Shown in pieces: positions 29,591 to 39,765 of a stretch of DNA of 64,000 bases. The position numbers and the translations under genes were made by a program. The stretch is from Desulfonatronum sp. (GTDB lineage Bacteria > Desulfobacterota > Desulfovibrionia > Desulfovibrionales > Desulfonatronaceae), in the NCBI GenBank assembly GCA_011049455.1, contig DSBL01000136.1, forward strand, positions 2,789 through 66,788. The letters are read 5' to 3'. The notes beneath the pieces were generated by a model, which saw nothing but the letters and a program-made list of their open reading frames with translations, was not told the DNA's origin and did no database searches. Every line of letters begins with the position of its first letter. Position 1 is the first letter of the stretch.

Positions 29591-30319
29591 TTACGCTTCC
29601 TTTTTCTTGCCGGCCGTCATCTTCAGGCCAAGGCCTTCAAAAAAGAACAGAATGGCCATACCCCACCACAGAGTATAAATAATATAAAAAATCAGGCTGA
29701 AGGTCAGGATTCCAGCCTTTGAACCGGCACTTTCCGCAACTATGCCGTAAAAATTATAGCCCACTTCCACGGACTTGGAAAGGACTTCCCCCAGGTGCTT
29801 GGCATCGGCGAAACGTTCCTGGGCGTTCAACTCTTTTTCCAACCCCTTGATCAAATTATTCCAGACGTACAACAACTCCCGGGCCTGCGGTTCGCCATGT
29901 CCGTATCTGGACCCGACTTTTGCCCCATCATTGTGGAACATGTCCCTGGAATCGATGATCGCAGCCTGCAGGACCGCACCAAGGTCACCCTCGACATGCA
30001 CAGTTGAACCATCCAGGCTGGCGCCGGCACCGGCTGCCTGAAGCATGGTCTGAGCCATGGCGCCCCAGCGTTCATTATTCAGTTCCAAACTGGCCTTAAA
30101 GGTTTTCCCGACAAAGACCTGGTTCTTTTCTTCCATCACTTCCATGAAATACGAAGATCCCTTGGCAATGGAGTTGAACAGGTTGTCCGCGGCCTGAAAG
30201 GCGTTCAGGCCTTTGCCGTCCGCGTCCTTCCCGAACAACGGTGACCACATCAAAAACAGGATCACGAAAAAGGTGAGTATCAGCCCCACTCCGTAGCTTA
30301 ATTCTTTCTTATCGATCAT
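29591..30319 (-). CDS. Hypothetical membrane protein, TauE partner
   Basis: 242 aa, one N- and one C-terminal TM around a soluble domain; starts 2 nt after the TauE stop with GAGGA SD. Confidence 0.8.
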   Translation of the reverse strand: MIDKKELSYGVGLILTFFVILFLMWSPLFGKDADGKGLNAFQAADNLFNSIAKGSSYFMEVMEEKNQVFVGKTFKASLELNNERWGAMAQTMLQAAGAGASLDGSTVHVEGDLGAVLQAAIIDSRDMFHNDGAKVGSRYGHGEPQARELLYVWNNLIKGLEKELNAQERFADAKHLGEVLSKSVEVGYNFYGIVAESAGSKAGILTFSLIFYIIYTLWWGMAILFFFEGLGLKMTAGKKKEA

Positions 30320-30321
30320 AA

Positions 30322-31602
30322 TTATTCCTCCCCCTTCAAGGCCTTCATGTTCGTAAAGAACATGTAAAAAACCCAGGCGGCGAACATGCCAACGATGATG
30401 AAGAACAATATGTTGCCCGTGGTGCTCAGGATCTTGCCCATCTCTTGGGAAATATTCAGGTACCCCATTTCACCCATTTTCTCCGGCAACACGAACAAGC
30501 GGTTGATGAACCCGCCCAGGATGGTCGTGGCATAGAAGCCTCGGATGTAGATGCCCTTGACCACCTTGGTGGTCATGGCCCCGATCTGGATCCCGATCAA
30601 CGAGCCCAGCAGCATGCCCATGGCCAGGGTATAGAATATGAACCCGTAGATGGCGTACTGGGTGATGGAGGCATAGCCGGCGGTGAAGATAATCTGCAGA
30701 ATGTCCGTGCCGATGGTGGTAAAAGAGGACACGCCCATCAGGTAGACGAACATGGGGAAGGTCAAAAACCCGCCGCCCACGCCCATGATGGCCGAAACAA
30801 ACCCAACCACGGCGCCGCAAGCAGCCACGAACCAACCCGAGAGCTGCTTCCCGCCCGGGACAAGGTCCTGATCAAAGGTGATCATGGGCGGAACCTTCAG
30901 AGCCTGGATTTTCGAGGCCAGACCGGGACCGGAAGGCTCGGCGCCGTGGGCCCCGTGTCCGCCGCTGCCGCCGTGCACATCCACCACGTCCACCTTGCGC
31001 GCCCGAAGAAAATCCAGCATGGCGTAGGAGCCCAGAAAACCGAGCAGGACCACGAACATCACGCTGATGAAGGTGTCGCTGAGAATGGGATTGATTTCAT
31101 ACAAGGTCCTGTTGATCACGCCGCCCCCGGTGACGCCCACACCCGCGCCCACGAGAAAGGCGATGGCCAGGGCCACGGACACGTTCCCCAGCTTTTTGTG
31201 GATCACCGTGCCCATGATCGCCTTGGCGAAAATATGAAACAGATCCGTTCCCACGGCCAGAATGCCCTTGATGCCCGCACTCATCAAGGCCGGAGTAATA
31301 ATGAAGCCGCCGCCCGCGCCGATGCAGCCGGTAATCAGCCCGGCAAACAGCCCGATGATAATGGATATGTAGAAGATAAACGGTGAATAGAAGCTGGGCA
31401 TATAGGAATATTTGCCGCCCAACAGCTCAGGCAGATCGGCGTGGGACAGACCCACGCCGATGGCGCAGGGAATGAGCAGCAGGGTCAGGATGAACATCCG
31501 TTTTCTGCTCCTCAAGATGTTCATGGACGTCTCGTAGTCCCACCTGGCGTACTGGGCTGCGCCGAGCTTCATCATGTCCGCCATGTTTCTGAAAAATCGC
31601 AT
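30322..31602 (-). CDS. Sulfite exporter TauE/SafE family protein
   Basis: GLITGCIGAGGGFIITPALM, AVGTDLFH, SAIMGVGGGFLTFPMF, IGTDILQI. Start ATG 31602 behind GGAGG. Confidence 0.88.
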   Translation of the reverse strand: MRFFRNMADMMKLGAAQYARWDYETSMNILRSRKRMFILTLLLIPCAIGVGLSHADLPELLGGKYSYMPSFYSPFIFYISIIIGLFAGLITGCIGAGGGFIITPALMSAGIKGILAVGTDLFHIFAKAIMGTVIHKKLGNVSVALAIAFLVGAGVGVTGGGVINRTLYEINPILSDTFISVMFVVLLGFLGSYAMLDFLRARKVDVVDVHGGSGGHGAHGAEPSGPGLASKIQALKVPPMITFDQDLVPGGKQLSGWFVAACGAVVGFVSAIMGVGGGFLTFPMFVYLMGVSSFTTIGTDILQIIFTAGYASITQYAIYGFIFYTLAMGMLLGSLIGIQIGAMTTKVVKGIYIRGFYATTILGGFINRLFVLPEKMGEMGYLNISQEMGKILSTTGNILFFIIVGMFAAWVFYMFFTNMKALKGEE

Positions 31603-31679
31603 TGTTGCATTCCTCCAGGATAAAATAATGTTCATTGGGGATTCTGAAATCCTTGAGCACGTCATGCGTTCGGCTATGC

Positions 31680-32057
31680 TTATCCGGCCTCACCTCCTTT
31701 GCTCCTTTGAATCGCCTCGGAAACCTTGTCCAGCAGCTCGTCAATAGGGCAGGGCTTTAACATATAGTCGTAAGCCCCCAGTTGCATGCCTTTGTCCGCC
31801 GTCTCCAGCGTAGCGTGGCCCGTGAGCATGATCACCGGAACGCCGGAATTGATTTTTTTCAGTTCCTGCAGCGTGGCCACGCCATCCATGCCGGGCATGC
31901 TCACGTCCAGGATTACGGCGTCATAGGCTCGTCCGCGCATGGCCTCTAGCGCCTTTGCGCCGGAATCCACGCCATCCACGACAATACCGCGCATTCGCAA
32001 TCTCGTAATTATGGTGTCCAAAAAGACCTTCTCGTCATCAATGATCAGTATGTGCAT
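31680..32057 (-). CDS. Single-domain response regulator
   Basis: LIIDDE, ILDVSMP, MLTGH, YMLKP. Confidence 0.93.
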   Translation of the reverse strand: MHILIIDDEKVFLDTIITRLRMRGIVVDGVDSGAKALEAMRGRAYDAVILDVSMPGMDGVATLQELKKINSGVPVIMLTGHATLETADKGMQLGAYDYMLKPCPIDELLDKVSEAIQRSKGGEAG

Positions 32058-32086
32058 GGACGCCCTCCCGGATTCTGTCTCGCCTG

Positions 32087-32689
32087 TCAGCGAAGCATCC
32101 TGCGACAGGATTCAAGGATGTCGGAATAACAGGATTCAACAGGATAGAGGTGAAAGATTTTGAAGCGGACAATGCCGATGACCATGGAAAAGATAATGAT
32201 CCCCATGCGGAATGGTTTACAGATTCTGACTGTTCCATCCGACTGCCCCTTTTCAATGCCCTCGATGAGCAAATCGAGAAAACAATTATATATTTCCTCA
32301 ATACTTTGTCGGCATTCAGGATTGATGCTCGCAAGCTGGTATGGATAATTCCGGAAAAGCAGCAAGAATTCGTATTCCATTGTTTCCGAGAGCATGAGGA
32401 ACAGTTCCACCGTGCGCTCAACGAGCATCAATCCGGTGCCGTTTCGCTGAATCTTTGAGGAAACCTCATGGAGAATATCATCTTTCACCTTGCGCAACAG
32501 TTGCACAAGGATTTCCTCCTTGGTCTTGAAATGATGGAATATGGTCCCTTCCGCGGCACCGCTGAGCCTGGAAAGGTCTACAATGGACGTGTCTTTGAAT
32601 CCGCGCTCGGCAAACAGCTTGGTGGCCGCATTGAGAATATCTGTGCGATAGGACAAGGATTTCTCCTTTGGTTGAAATGCGGTAGACAA
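32087..32689 (-). CDS. TetR/AcrR family transcriptional regulator
   Basis: ILNAATKLFAERGF..TS...L...SGAAEGTIFHHFKTKEEIL; TTG start. Confidence 0.92.
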   Translation of the reverse strand: MSTAFQPKEKSLSYRTDILNAATKLFAERGFKDTSIVDLSRLSGAAEGTIFHHFKTKEEILVQLLRKVKDDILHEVSSKIQRNGTGLMLVERTVELFLMLSETMEYEFLLLFRNYPYQLASINPECRQSIEEIYNCFLDLLIEGIEKGQSDGTVRICKPFRMGIIIFSMVIGIVRFKIFHLYPVESCYSDILESCRRMLR

Positions 32690-32776
32690 GTCCCGAGTGA
32701 GTACTCGGTTTGTTTTTTGGGGCGCTATAAGGTTTGGAAATAAATGTCAAGGGGGAAATGGTCAGATTTTAATAAT

Positions 32777-32807
32777 AAAAAAAGCCGACAAGACATGCTC
32801 GTCGGCT
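32777..32807 (-). terminator. Intrinsic terminator after the hybrid kinase
   Basis: AGCCGAC-11 nt-GTCGGCT followed by T7 on the minus strand. Confidence 0.7.
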
Positions 32808-32841
32808 GATATTTGGTGCCAGACCACCTGGCAAACTGACG

Positions 32842-34071
32842 TCATTGCCGGCGGGAAAGGACCTGATCCATGATTTCCTGCAGCTTTCGGGTTTCCACGG
32901 GTTTGGATACATGAGCGTTCATGCCCGCGGCCATACATCGTTGACTGTCTGCGGGCATGACCATGGCGGTCAAGGCAATGATTGGAATGTCCGGATCCAC
33001 GTGAGAAATTTGGCCGGAGCGAATGGCCTGAGCGGCTTCCAAGCCGTCCATCTCCGGCATGGATATATCCATGAGCACAAGATCAAAGGAGTCGCGGGAA
33101 AGTGCCTCCAAAGCCAGTCTCCCATTTTCCACCGCCTTGATAAAATGTCCTTCCTTCTTCAACAATTCCACCGTGGTGAATTGATTCACCGGCTCATCCT
33201 CGGCCAGCAGTATCCTGAGAGTCCTGCCGGCCACGGTCTCGGCGCTGTGCGCATGGGACTTTGCCGCCATTTCCATGGGCAGACTGACGTAAAACGTACT
33301 GCCCAAATACAATTCGCTGTCCACCCAGATTCGTCCGCCCAGCCTGGATACCAACTTCTCGGCCAACGCCAGTCCCATGCCGATGCCGCTGTATTTTGCG
33401 GAATCATGAACAGTGGTGAATTTTTGAAAAATCCGCTGCTGTTCCTCCTTTGGCACACCGATTCCCGTATCCGTGACGCAAAGACACAACGTAAAGGCAT
33501 TATCCTGGAAATCCAGCGGGTACAGCCGAAGCAACACGTCACCATGGTCGGTGAACTTGACGGCATTGTCCACCAGCGCAGAAATAATCTGAAATATCCA
33601 CCGGGGAACACCGCGAACCAGTTCCGGAAGGTCGGGATCAACATGGACAAAAAGATACAGCCCTTTTTCCTGGGCTTTCAAGCGAAATTGCACAAAAGCG
33701 GGCTCAAAGGTATCCCGAAATGAAAACACTTCGGGAATCCGCGATGCTGCATCGTCATGCATCTCTGAGAAATCGAGAATCTCGTCGACAAGCCTGATCA
33801 GTTGAGAAGTGGATTCCCTGATCATGGAAAAATAATTGGCCTGGGTTTCATCCAGGCCCGTTTCCCAAAGCAGTTCTCCAATGCCCATGATAGCGTTCAA
33901 TGGAGTCCGCAACTCATGGCTGATTCGAGACAAAAAATCATCCTTGATCTTGGAAACCTGAGCTGCCTCCGCCCTGGCGCGGTTCAATTCACTGCCCAGT
34001 CTGTGTATCTCCTCAACAGCCTGCTCGATGGTCCTCCTTGAATTTCCAAGCAAATTTTTATTATTCTCCAC
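32842..34071 (-). CDS. Soluble hybrid histidine kinase/response regulator
   Basis: GTG start behind GAGG; SHELRTPLN, LVDNAVKFT, DTGIG, GIGMGL, REC (LLAEDE, LMDISMP, ALTA, SKP); only a short helical N-terminus. Confidence 0.92.
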   Translation of the reverse strand: MENNKNLLGNSRRTIEQAVEEIHRLGSELNRARAEAAQVSKIKDDFLSRISHELRTPLNAIMGIGELLWETGLDETQANYFSMIRESTSQLIRLVDEILDFSEMHDDAASRIPEVFSFRDTFEPAFVQFRLKAQEKGLYLFVHVDPDLPELVRGVPRWIFQIISALVDNAVKFTDHGDVLLRLYPLDFQDNAFTLCLCVTDTGIGVPKEEQQRIFQKFTTVHDSAKYSGIGMGLALAEKLVSRLGGRIWVDSELYLGSTFYVSLPMEMAAKSHAHSAETVAGRTLRILLAEDEPVNQFTTVELLKKEGHFIKAVENGRLALEALSRDSFDLVLMDISMPEMDGLEAAQAIRSGQISHVDPDIPIIALTAMVMPADSQRCMAAGMNAHVSKPVETRKLQEIMDQVLSRRQ

Positions 34072-34084
34072 GGATTACCTCGAT

Positions 34085-34255
34085 TTATGCTTTGATGAAG
34101 AATGACGCGATCATACCATGCTCTATGCCAATCCCCTCTTTACGTGACGTTGAAAATCCTTCCTGCATTTTCGCCGTTTCATTCATTAATCTTGGTGCGT
34201 TGTTCAAAACTTCCTCAAAACTATCCCGCATCAATGACAGCAAAACTCCCTTCAT
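34085..34255 (-). CDS. Candidate 56-aa ORF overlapping the MCP stop (possible remnant of a C-terminal MCP domain)
   Basis: ATGA overlap with the MCP stop; [16 protein letters not shown]...FFIKA. Confidence 0.35.
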   Translation of the reverse strand: MKGVLLSLMRDSFEEVLNNAPRLMNETAKMQEGFSTSRKEGIGIEHGMIASFFIKA

Positions 34256-35829
34256 CCGCCCATGGAAACGCCGAACTCAGTCGCATCTTTAGCCGCGCCG
34301 TTGTAATCCTGCGCCGCGGACAGCAATTCCTGAGCCAATCTGGCCAGATCTCTGGTGGCAGCGGCTGTCTGGTCCGCTCCTTCGTCAGCACCCCGGGCAA
34401 TACACGCAATGCCTTCGATGCTTCGGTTGATTTCTTCGGCAGCAGCTGATTGCTGCTCGGCAGCGGTAGCGATCTGAGTGACCTGGGAAACCACTTCTTC
34501 CACCCGGCTCATGATCAGTCTCAGCACCTCGCCGGCCCTGTTGGAATGTCCGGTGCTCTCCTTAACCAAGCGTTCGGTCTGTTCCATGGATGCCACGGCG
34601 TCAGCGGAGCGCCCCTGTATGGTCGCCACCGCTTCTTCCACTTCCTTGGTCGCGCTCATGGTTTTTTCCGCGAGCTTGCGAACCTCGTCCGCCACCACGG
34701 CAAAGCCTCGACCGGCCTCTCCGGCCCGAGCCGCTTCAATGGCTGCGTTCAGGGCCAACAAATTCGTCTGGTCAGCTATTTCGTTAATTACATTGATGAT
34801 TTTTCCAATGGATGCGGCTCGAATATTCAGTTGCGTCAACACCTCAGCCAATTGCCGGGCTGAATCAGCCACGCCGTTGATTCCAAAAATGGCTTTTTCC
34901 ACCATGTCCATTCCTTCCCGGGCCGATTCCCTCGCTTCATGCGCTGCTTGGGACGCCCTCGAGGAATTCCTGGCCACTTCTAAAACCGTGGCTGCCATTT
35001 CTTCCATGGCCGTGGCCACGGAATCGGTTTGCTCCTTTTGCAGCTTCGCGCCTTTGGCCTGCTCCTCGGCGGAGGCCGATAGCTCTTCCGAGGCTGAAGC
35101 CATTCGTTGAGACAATTCATTGATCTTTTCGCCCAGCGACAACCGCTTTTCATTCTCTTGATCAAATTGCGCTTGGCGGCTGGCAATGGCTTCCTGATCA
35201 CAACACACCAGTATTGCGCCGCTATGCTCTCCCTGCTCTTCTCTGATCGGTGTCAAAATGATACGAGTACGCAACGCCCTGCCGTTCTTTCGGTCCAAAA
35301 TCTCTTCCCTATCCATGGACTGTTTTTGTTTCAATGCTTCTTCCAGCCAGGAGAAGTCTGTCCGTCCCCCAAAAACCTCGCCCAGGCGCTTGCCCAACAC
35401 TTGCCTGCTCTCTTTGCCCAGAAATGCGCACATGCTTTTATTGACGAATGACACACGTCCCCTGGCGTCGCAAAACAGGATGGACATGTTCAAATCCGCC
35501 AATCCATTGCGCAGGAAAACCACGTCCTGGTGTTTGCGACGAATCACTCTTCCCAAATCGCCGACGATTTTCCCCACCTCTCCGGCCTGCTTTAGGGCAT
35601 CGAAATTCAAGGGTTTTCCAGAGGCAATATCCTGAACCGCTTGAATCACAACGGCAGAGGGTTTGGACAAACGCGCAACGGCAGCCGCCACCAGGACGAA
35701 CAACGCTATGGCCCCAATGCCCAAGACCCACCAGGATCTGTAGAAATGGGCCGCAACGAATAGGCCAAGGGTAAAGACTGCCAATCCCCAGGAAACAGTC
35801 TTCGCTTTGACAGTCGCTCGCTCCATCAA
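34252..35829 (-). CDS. Methyl-accepting chemotaxis protein with PAS domain
   Basis: Two adjacent TMs, PAS-like segment ([14 protein letters not shown]), signalling hairpin [38 protein letters not shown]. Confidence 0.95.
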   Translation of the reverse strand: MMERATVKAKTVSWGLAVFTLGLFVAAHFYRSWWVLGIGAIALFVLVAAAVARLSKPSAVVIQAVQDIASGKPLNFDALKQAGEVGKIVGDLGRVIRRKHQDVVFLRNGLADLNMSILFCDARGRVSFVNKSMCAFLGKESRQVLGKRLGEVFGGRTDFSWLEEALKQKQSMDREEILDRKNGRALRTRIILTPIREEQGEHSGAILVCCDQEAIASRQAQFDQENEKRLSLGEKINELSQRMASASEELSASAEEQAKGAKLQKEQTDSVATAMEEMAATVLEVARNSSRASQAAHEARESAREGMDMVEKAIFGINGVADSARQLAEVLTQLNIRAASIGKIINVINEIADQTNLLALNAAIEAARAGEAGRGFAVVADEVRKLAEKTMSATKEVEEAVATIQGRSADAVASMEQTERLVKESTGHSNRAGEVLRLIMSRVEEVVSQVTQIATAAEQQSAAAEEINRSIEGIACIARGADEGADQTAAATRDLARLAQELLSAAQDYNGAAKDATEFGVSMGG

Positions 35830-35963
35830 GCCCTTCTCCCAGCTTCAGGTCTGTTCAACATTTTGTGAAAGCACTCTGAATGCTCATATCATCATTGCCT
35901 TATATGACAAATCCTTGCAAAGTCCAATGCGCAATCAGAATCCACTCCATGTGGAAATGTTCG

Positions 35964-36644
35964 TCAGCTCTTGTCCCAAAAACGCTCAACCACTCTTCGC
36001 CGGAGTTCAAGCTCCTGTGCAACATTCGTTGGCACCAAAAAACGCAAGGACCGTTTCCGCACCCAGTATGAACGAATCAAAGTGGAACTGATCTCCAAAA
36101 AAGGCGGACGGATCATCAGCAGTCGCCCGTTCACCGGCAGATGCCATATGTGCACTTCCGTTGTTGTTGCAGGCAGGATTTCCGGCCCGAGAGCACCGGG
36201 CCAGTATTGATGCACCAGGGAATGGACTTCCTCGAAAGCCATGCCTTGCCGTGCTACGGCGACCAGATCGGCCATGCGCGTCAGATCTAGGCCGTGTTTC
36301 CATGTCGACAAGTCGAACAGTTCAGGGACGCCTAAAAGGAAAAAAAGGCGGCTTCCGGGCAATTCCCGCTGATAAGCCGACAATGTGTCCCAAGTATAGG
36401 AAAGCCCTCCTCTACGTGCTTCCATGAGATTCACATCAAGACCAGACAAATTCACCGCGGACAAGCGCAGCAAGCGGTAACGTAGTCCAAATGGCAGCAG
36501 ATTGGTGCCGGGCTTGTGCGGTGGGACAGCCGCCGGCACCAGATCAACCCGGTCCAGATGCAGTAATTCCCGAGCCTCCAGCGCCAATCGCAAGTGGCCG
36601 ATATGCACCGGATTGAAGCTTCCACCCAAGATGCCGATGCGCAT
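35964..36644 (-). CDS. nadD: Nicotinate-nucleotide adenylyltransferase
   Basis: GILGGSFNPVHIGHL, PPHK, SYTWDTL, ISSTLIR. Confidence 0.93.
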   Translation of the reverse strand: MRIGILGGSFNPVHIGHLRLALEARELLHLDRVDLVPAAVPPHKPGTNLLPFGLRYRLLRLSAVNLSGLDVNLMEARRGGLSYTWDTLSAYQRELPGSRLFFLLGVPELFDLSTWKHGLDLTRMADLVAVARQGMAFEEVHSLVHQYWPGALGPEILPATTTEVHIWHLPVNGRLLMIRPPFLEISSTLIRSYWVRKRSLRFLVPTNVAQELELRRRVVERFWDKS

Positions 36645-36716
36645 ATTCCTTCACTTCGCTTGAAAAAATTCAGACCGCTGTGTTTCACCTATTGCGCGGC
36701 GTTTTGGGCAGCGACA

Positions 36717-37979
36717 TCACTCTCTGATCTGTCCCCGGCCCAGAGCGATGAACTTGGATCCGGTCAGTTCCCGCACTCCCATAGGGCCGTAGGCATGCAG
36801 CTTGGAGGTGCTGATTCCAATCTCCGCGCCGAGTCCGAGCTGTCCTCCGTCATTGAACCGGGTGGAAGCGTTCACCAGAACCAGTGAGGCGTCGGCCTCC
36901 CGCAGAAAACGCATGGCCCGGTCATGGTCTCTGGTTACAATGGCCTCGGTGTGATTGGAACCGAATTTGGCGATATGCTCCAGAGCCTGGTCAAGGTCAC
37001 TGACCGCTCGCACTGCGAGGATCAAATCCAAAAATTCATAGCCCCAATCTTCCTTTCGGGCCGGTTGGGCAGATGCACCCAGTAAGGGCAGGCTGTCCGG
37101 ACAGGCCCGAAAACTCACCCCTGCCGATCCAAGCCGCGCCGCCATCAAAGGCAAAAATGCCTGGGCTTCGGATTTGTGCACCAACAGACACTCCAGGGCG
37201 TTGCACACGCCGCAACGCTGTACCTTGGCATTGAAAACGATCTCCAAAGCCGTGTCCAAATCCGCGCCCTTATCCACGTACACGTGACAGACGCCCTTAT
37301 AATGCTTGAGCACGGGCATGGTCGCCTGTTCCGTGACCGCCCGGATCAGTCCTTCCCCGCCTCGGGGAATGACCACGTCTATACAATCGTCCAACTTGAG
37401 CAAATGGGCCACGGCCTCTCGATCCCGAACTGGAACGAGTTGAACGGCTTCACCCGGTAATCCTGCTGTTTCCAGGGCCGAGGTAATAACCGCGGCCAGG
37501 GCCTGGTTGGAGTGGAAAGCCTCGGAACCACCGCGCAAAATCACGGCATTGCCGGCCTTGAGCGCCAAAATCGCGGCCTCAATGGTCACATTGGGCCGAG
37601 ATTCATAGATCATGGCCACCACGCCCAGAGGAATACGCATCCTGCCCACCTGCAAACCGTTGGGTCGCTGCCACATGGTCTCAATGGCACCCACGGGATC
37701 GTCCAAACCCTCCACCTCCAAACAGGCTTGGACCATGCCCTCCACAGTCGCGTCCGTGATGCGCAACCGCTCAACTCTGGCCGCGTCCAAGCCAGCGGCA
37801 AGGGCCGCGTCCAAATCTTTCTGATTGGCTTGCATCACGATTTCAGTCTGGGTATGGAGTTCACTGGCCAAAGCCCGAAGGGCTTCATCCTTCTGCTGCC
37901 CTCCGGCCTTGGCCAACAACCGGGCGGCTTGCTTGGCCCGTCTGGCCAATTGCACCATTTGTTCTTGCAAATCCAGCAT
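36717..37979 (-). CDS. proA: Glutamate-5-semialdehyde dehydrogenase
   Basis: [47 protein letters not shown]...[18 protein letters not shown]. Start ATG 37979 behind AGGAG. Confidence 0.97.
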   Translation of the reverse strand: MLDLQEQMVQLARRAKQAARLLAKAGGQQKDEALRALASELHTQTEIVMQANQKDLDAALAAGLDAARVERLRITDATVEGMVQACLEVEGLDDPVGAIETMWQRPNGLQVGRMRIPLGVVAMIYESRPNVTIEAAILALKAGNAVILRGGSEAFHSNQALAAVITSALETAGLPGEAVQLVPVRDREAVAHLLKLDDCIDVVIPRGGEGLIRAVTEQATMPVLKHYKGVCHVYVDKGADLDTALEIVFNAKVQRCGVCNALECLLVHKSEAQAFLPLMAARLGSAGVSFRACPDSLPLLGASAQPARKEDWGYEFLDLILAVRAVSDLDQALEHIAKFGSNHTEAIVTRDHDRAMRFLREADASLVLVNASTRFNDGGQLGLGAEIGISTSKLHAYGPMGVRELTGSKFIALGRGQIRE

Positions 37980-38134
37980 GTGTGCTCCTTTCCTGTTGTT
38001 CACTGTGCCTGTTCAGGGGATCTGATGACCATCGGGAAATAGCATTTTAACATTTATAAACAAAACAGGGCATTGCGATCATGCAGCCCTGTTTTGCAAG
38101 TCTTCTTTACAAAACGTCAACCAGGGAGTCGCCC

Positions 38135-38571
38135 ATGCAGGACCGCGTCCGCAACCTGATTCAGTCACAGGACATTTGCGTCCTGGCCACCTCACGAGAC
38201 GACATGCCCCACACGCCTCATTGATGGCCTATGCTGTTTCGGAAGACTGTACGTTCTTTTTCATGGCCACCTACCGCAACACCACCAAGTTCGCAAACAT
38301 CCAGGCCAATCCCAACGTCTGTCTGCTTCTAGACGACCGGAACAAGCATTCAGTCCGGGACAGAGAGGCGACCTTGGCATTGACCATGCGGGGCCGGGCT
38401 GCCATCGTGCAAGACCAGCCCGAAAGAAAGGTTGTCGCTGCTCTTCTTCACGAAAAATTGCCGCATTTCCGGAAGTTTCTGGCCGGTATCGAGATCGAAT
38501 TCATCAAAATCCACGTTGCCGATTATCTCCTCATGCAAGGCCCCACGACAACCATTGATGAGGAGCATTGA
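38135..38571 (+). pseudogene. Pyridoxamine 5'-phosphate oxidase-like (FMN split-barrel) gene, frameshifted
   Basis: ATG 38135 behind GGGAG reads MQDRVRNLIQSQDICVLATSRDDMPH then stops at 38222-24; the family continuation (HASLMAY...TTKFANIQANPNVCLLLDDR) is in the -1 frame. Confidence 0.7.
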
Positions 38572-38597
38572 ACATTGCCGCACATTCCCATGTTTCG

Positions 38598-39581
38598 TCA
38601 TCCACCATGATGGCGGACATGCCAATCCCAGGCCGTTTTGACGATGTTTTCCAGATCCGGCAGTTCCGGACGCCAGCCCAGGACTTGCCGGGCCTTGTCC
38701 GCCACAGCCACCAAAACCGGCGGATCGCCTGCCCGACGCGAAGCGTCGGATCTGGGCACCTTGGCGCCGCCAACCCGTTCCACGGCGTCCACCACTTGCG
38801 CGACAGTCTGTCCCGTTCCAGTACCAAGGTTGAATACATCGCTGCGATCCTCGGCTAAAAGAAACTGCAAGGCGTTCACATGGGCTTTGGCCAAATCGGC
38901 CACATGGATGTAATCGCGAATGGCCGTGCCGTCAGACGTGGCATAATCCCGGCCAAAAACGAACAACGGACCGCGCAGCCCCAGTGCTGCCAGAATAGCC
39001 AAAGGAATCAGATGGGTTTCTGGTTGATGGTCTTCGCCCACCTCTCCTTCCGGATCCGCACCCGCGGCATTGAAATACCGCAAGGCCACATGGCGAATGC
39101 CGTAGGCCGAGTCGAAATCCGCGAGCATCCGCTCAATCATTAACTTGCTCCAGCCATAAGGATTGACCGGATGCTGATCATGAGTCTCGGGAATGGGGAT
39201 TTCTTGGGGTTCCCCGTACGTGGCGCAGGTGCTGGAAAACACGATGTGCCGACAACCGTGTCGCCGCATGGCCTCCAAAATGGACAAGGAACCGGCCACG
39301 TTGTTGCGGTAGTATTTCTGTGGATCAATCACGGATTCACCGACATAGGCATACGCCGCGAAATGAATCACGGCTTGAGGTTTGTATTGCAAAAAAACCT
39401 GATCCAATGTCAGCGCGTCAAGAATATCTCCCCGTACCAGATCCCCCCAGCGCACGGCCCATTCGTGGCCGTAAACCATGTTGTCTAAACTTACCGGCCT
39501 ATATCCGGCCTGAACCAAGGCCTTGCAAGTCTGGCTGCCGATGTATCCGGCGCCGCCCGTCACTAACACGACATGTTCCAT
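38598..39581 (-). CDS. galE: UDP-glucose 4-epimerase
   Basis: VTGGAGYIGS, HFAAYAYVGES, YGWSK (YxxxK), LRYFNAAGA, RDYIHV.DLA.AH. Confidence 0.95.
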   Translation of the reverse strand: MEHVVLVTGGAGYIGSQTCKALVQAGYRPVSLDNMVYGHEWAVRWGDLVRGDILDALTLDQVFLQYKPQAVIHFAAYAYVGESVIDPQKYYRNNVAGSLSILEAMRRHGCRHIVFSSTCATYGEPQEIPIPETHDQHPVNPYGWSKLMIERMLADFDSAYGIRHVALRYFNAAGADPEGEVGEDHQPETHLIPLAILAALGLRGPLFVFGRDYATSDGTAIRDYIHVADLAKAHVNALQFLLAEDRSDVFNLGTGTGQTVAQVVDAVERVGGAKVPRSDASRRAGDPPVLVAVADKARQVLGWRPELPDLENIVKTAWDWHVRHHGG

Positions 39582-39765
39582 TCAGTGGTCCTCCAAGACA
39601 TTGTCTTCATAAATCATGCCCATTTTCTCTTGAAAGAGCAATTTTTAATCATACAATTGACACGTTTCAGGCCAGCAGCCTTCCAAACATCGTTGTGGCT
39701 GTCATTGCCAGGGCATATGCCAATTGGCTATCATATTTTTTGGCATGTCTGCCATGGAAACCTTT

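Noticed and set aside
34116-34132. TGGCAT-N5-ATGG upstream of the hybrid kinase as a sigma54 promoter
   Set aside because: Lacks the invariant -12 GC.
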